From a virus (lineage: Duplodnaviria; Caudoviricetes), in IMG/VR virus record IMGVR_UViG_3300035140_000009, positions 1 through 34,617 of that record: a stretch of DNA of 34,617 nt. One strand, 5' to 3'. Shown here piece by piece: positions 34,523-34,617 of this stretch (the first letter of the stretch is position 1; every line of letters starts with the position of its first letter). The notes under the pieces were generated by a model. It saw nothing but the letters and a program-made list of their open reading frames with translations, searched no databases and was not told the DNA's origin. A program made the translations under genes and the position numbers.

Positions 34523-34617
34523 GGAGGTAACAAATGTCTGCAACTGATATTTCAATCTGTTCGAATGCCCTGATTCTCCTGGGTCACAATCCCATCTCCA
34601 GCTTTACGGAGGGCGGA
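34501..34617. repeat. Terminal direct repeat, right copy
   Basis: Matches nt 1-116 with one extra T. Confidence 0.97.

Overview
Complete, circularly permuted genome (about 34.5 kb; nt 1-116 repeated at 34501-34617) of a podovirus-type phage. The host is probably a diderm, likely proteobacterial. Virion module is T7/APSE/BPP-1-like: terminases, portal, scaffold, major capsid, tail adaptor/nozzle, internal (ejection) proteins, tail fibre. Replication/recombination is lambdoid: Cro-like HTH, O-like initiator with iterons, P-like protein, ERF, YqaJ exonuclease, SSB, NinG. I recognise no RNA or DNA polymerase, integrase or CI. The most striking feature is a 729-aa putative ejection protein carrying a RelA/SpoT-like (alarmone synthetase/toxSAS-like) domain and a ParB/Srx-like domain. 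The linker between those domains hides, on the opposite strand, a complete 71-codon gene with its own near-consensus sigma70 promoter and Shine-Dalgarno site. This is a candidate virion-delivered toxin with a nested antisense immunity gene. Other points: a minimal YadA-anchor protein in the lysis cassette, two repeat-flanked gene cassettes, a family of early promoters sharing an operator-like motif, a structured capsid leader, and strong CCWGG enrichment. All protein calls come from motif recognition and synteny; no database searches were run.
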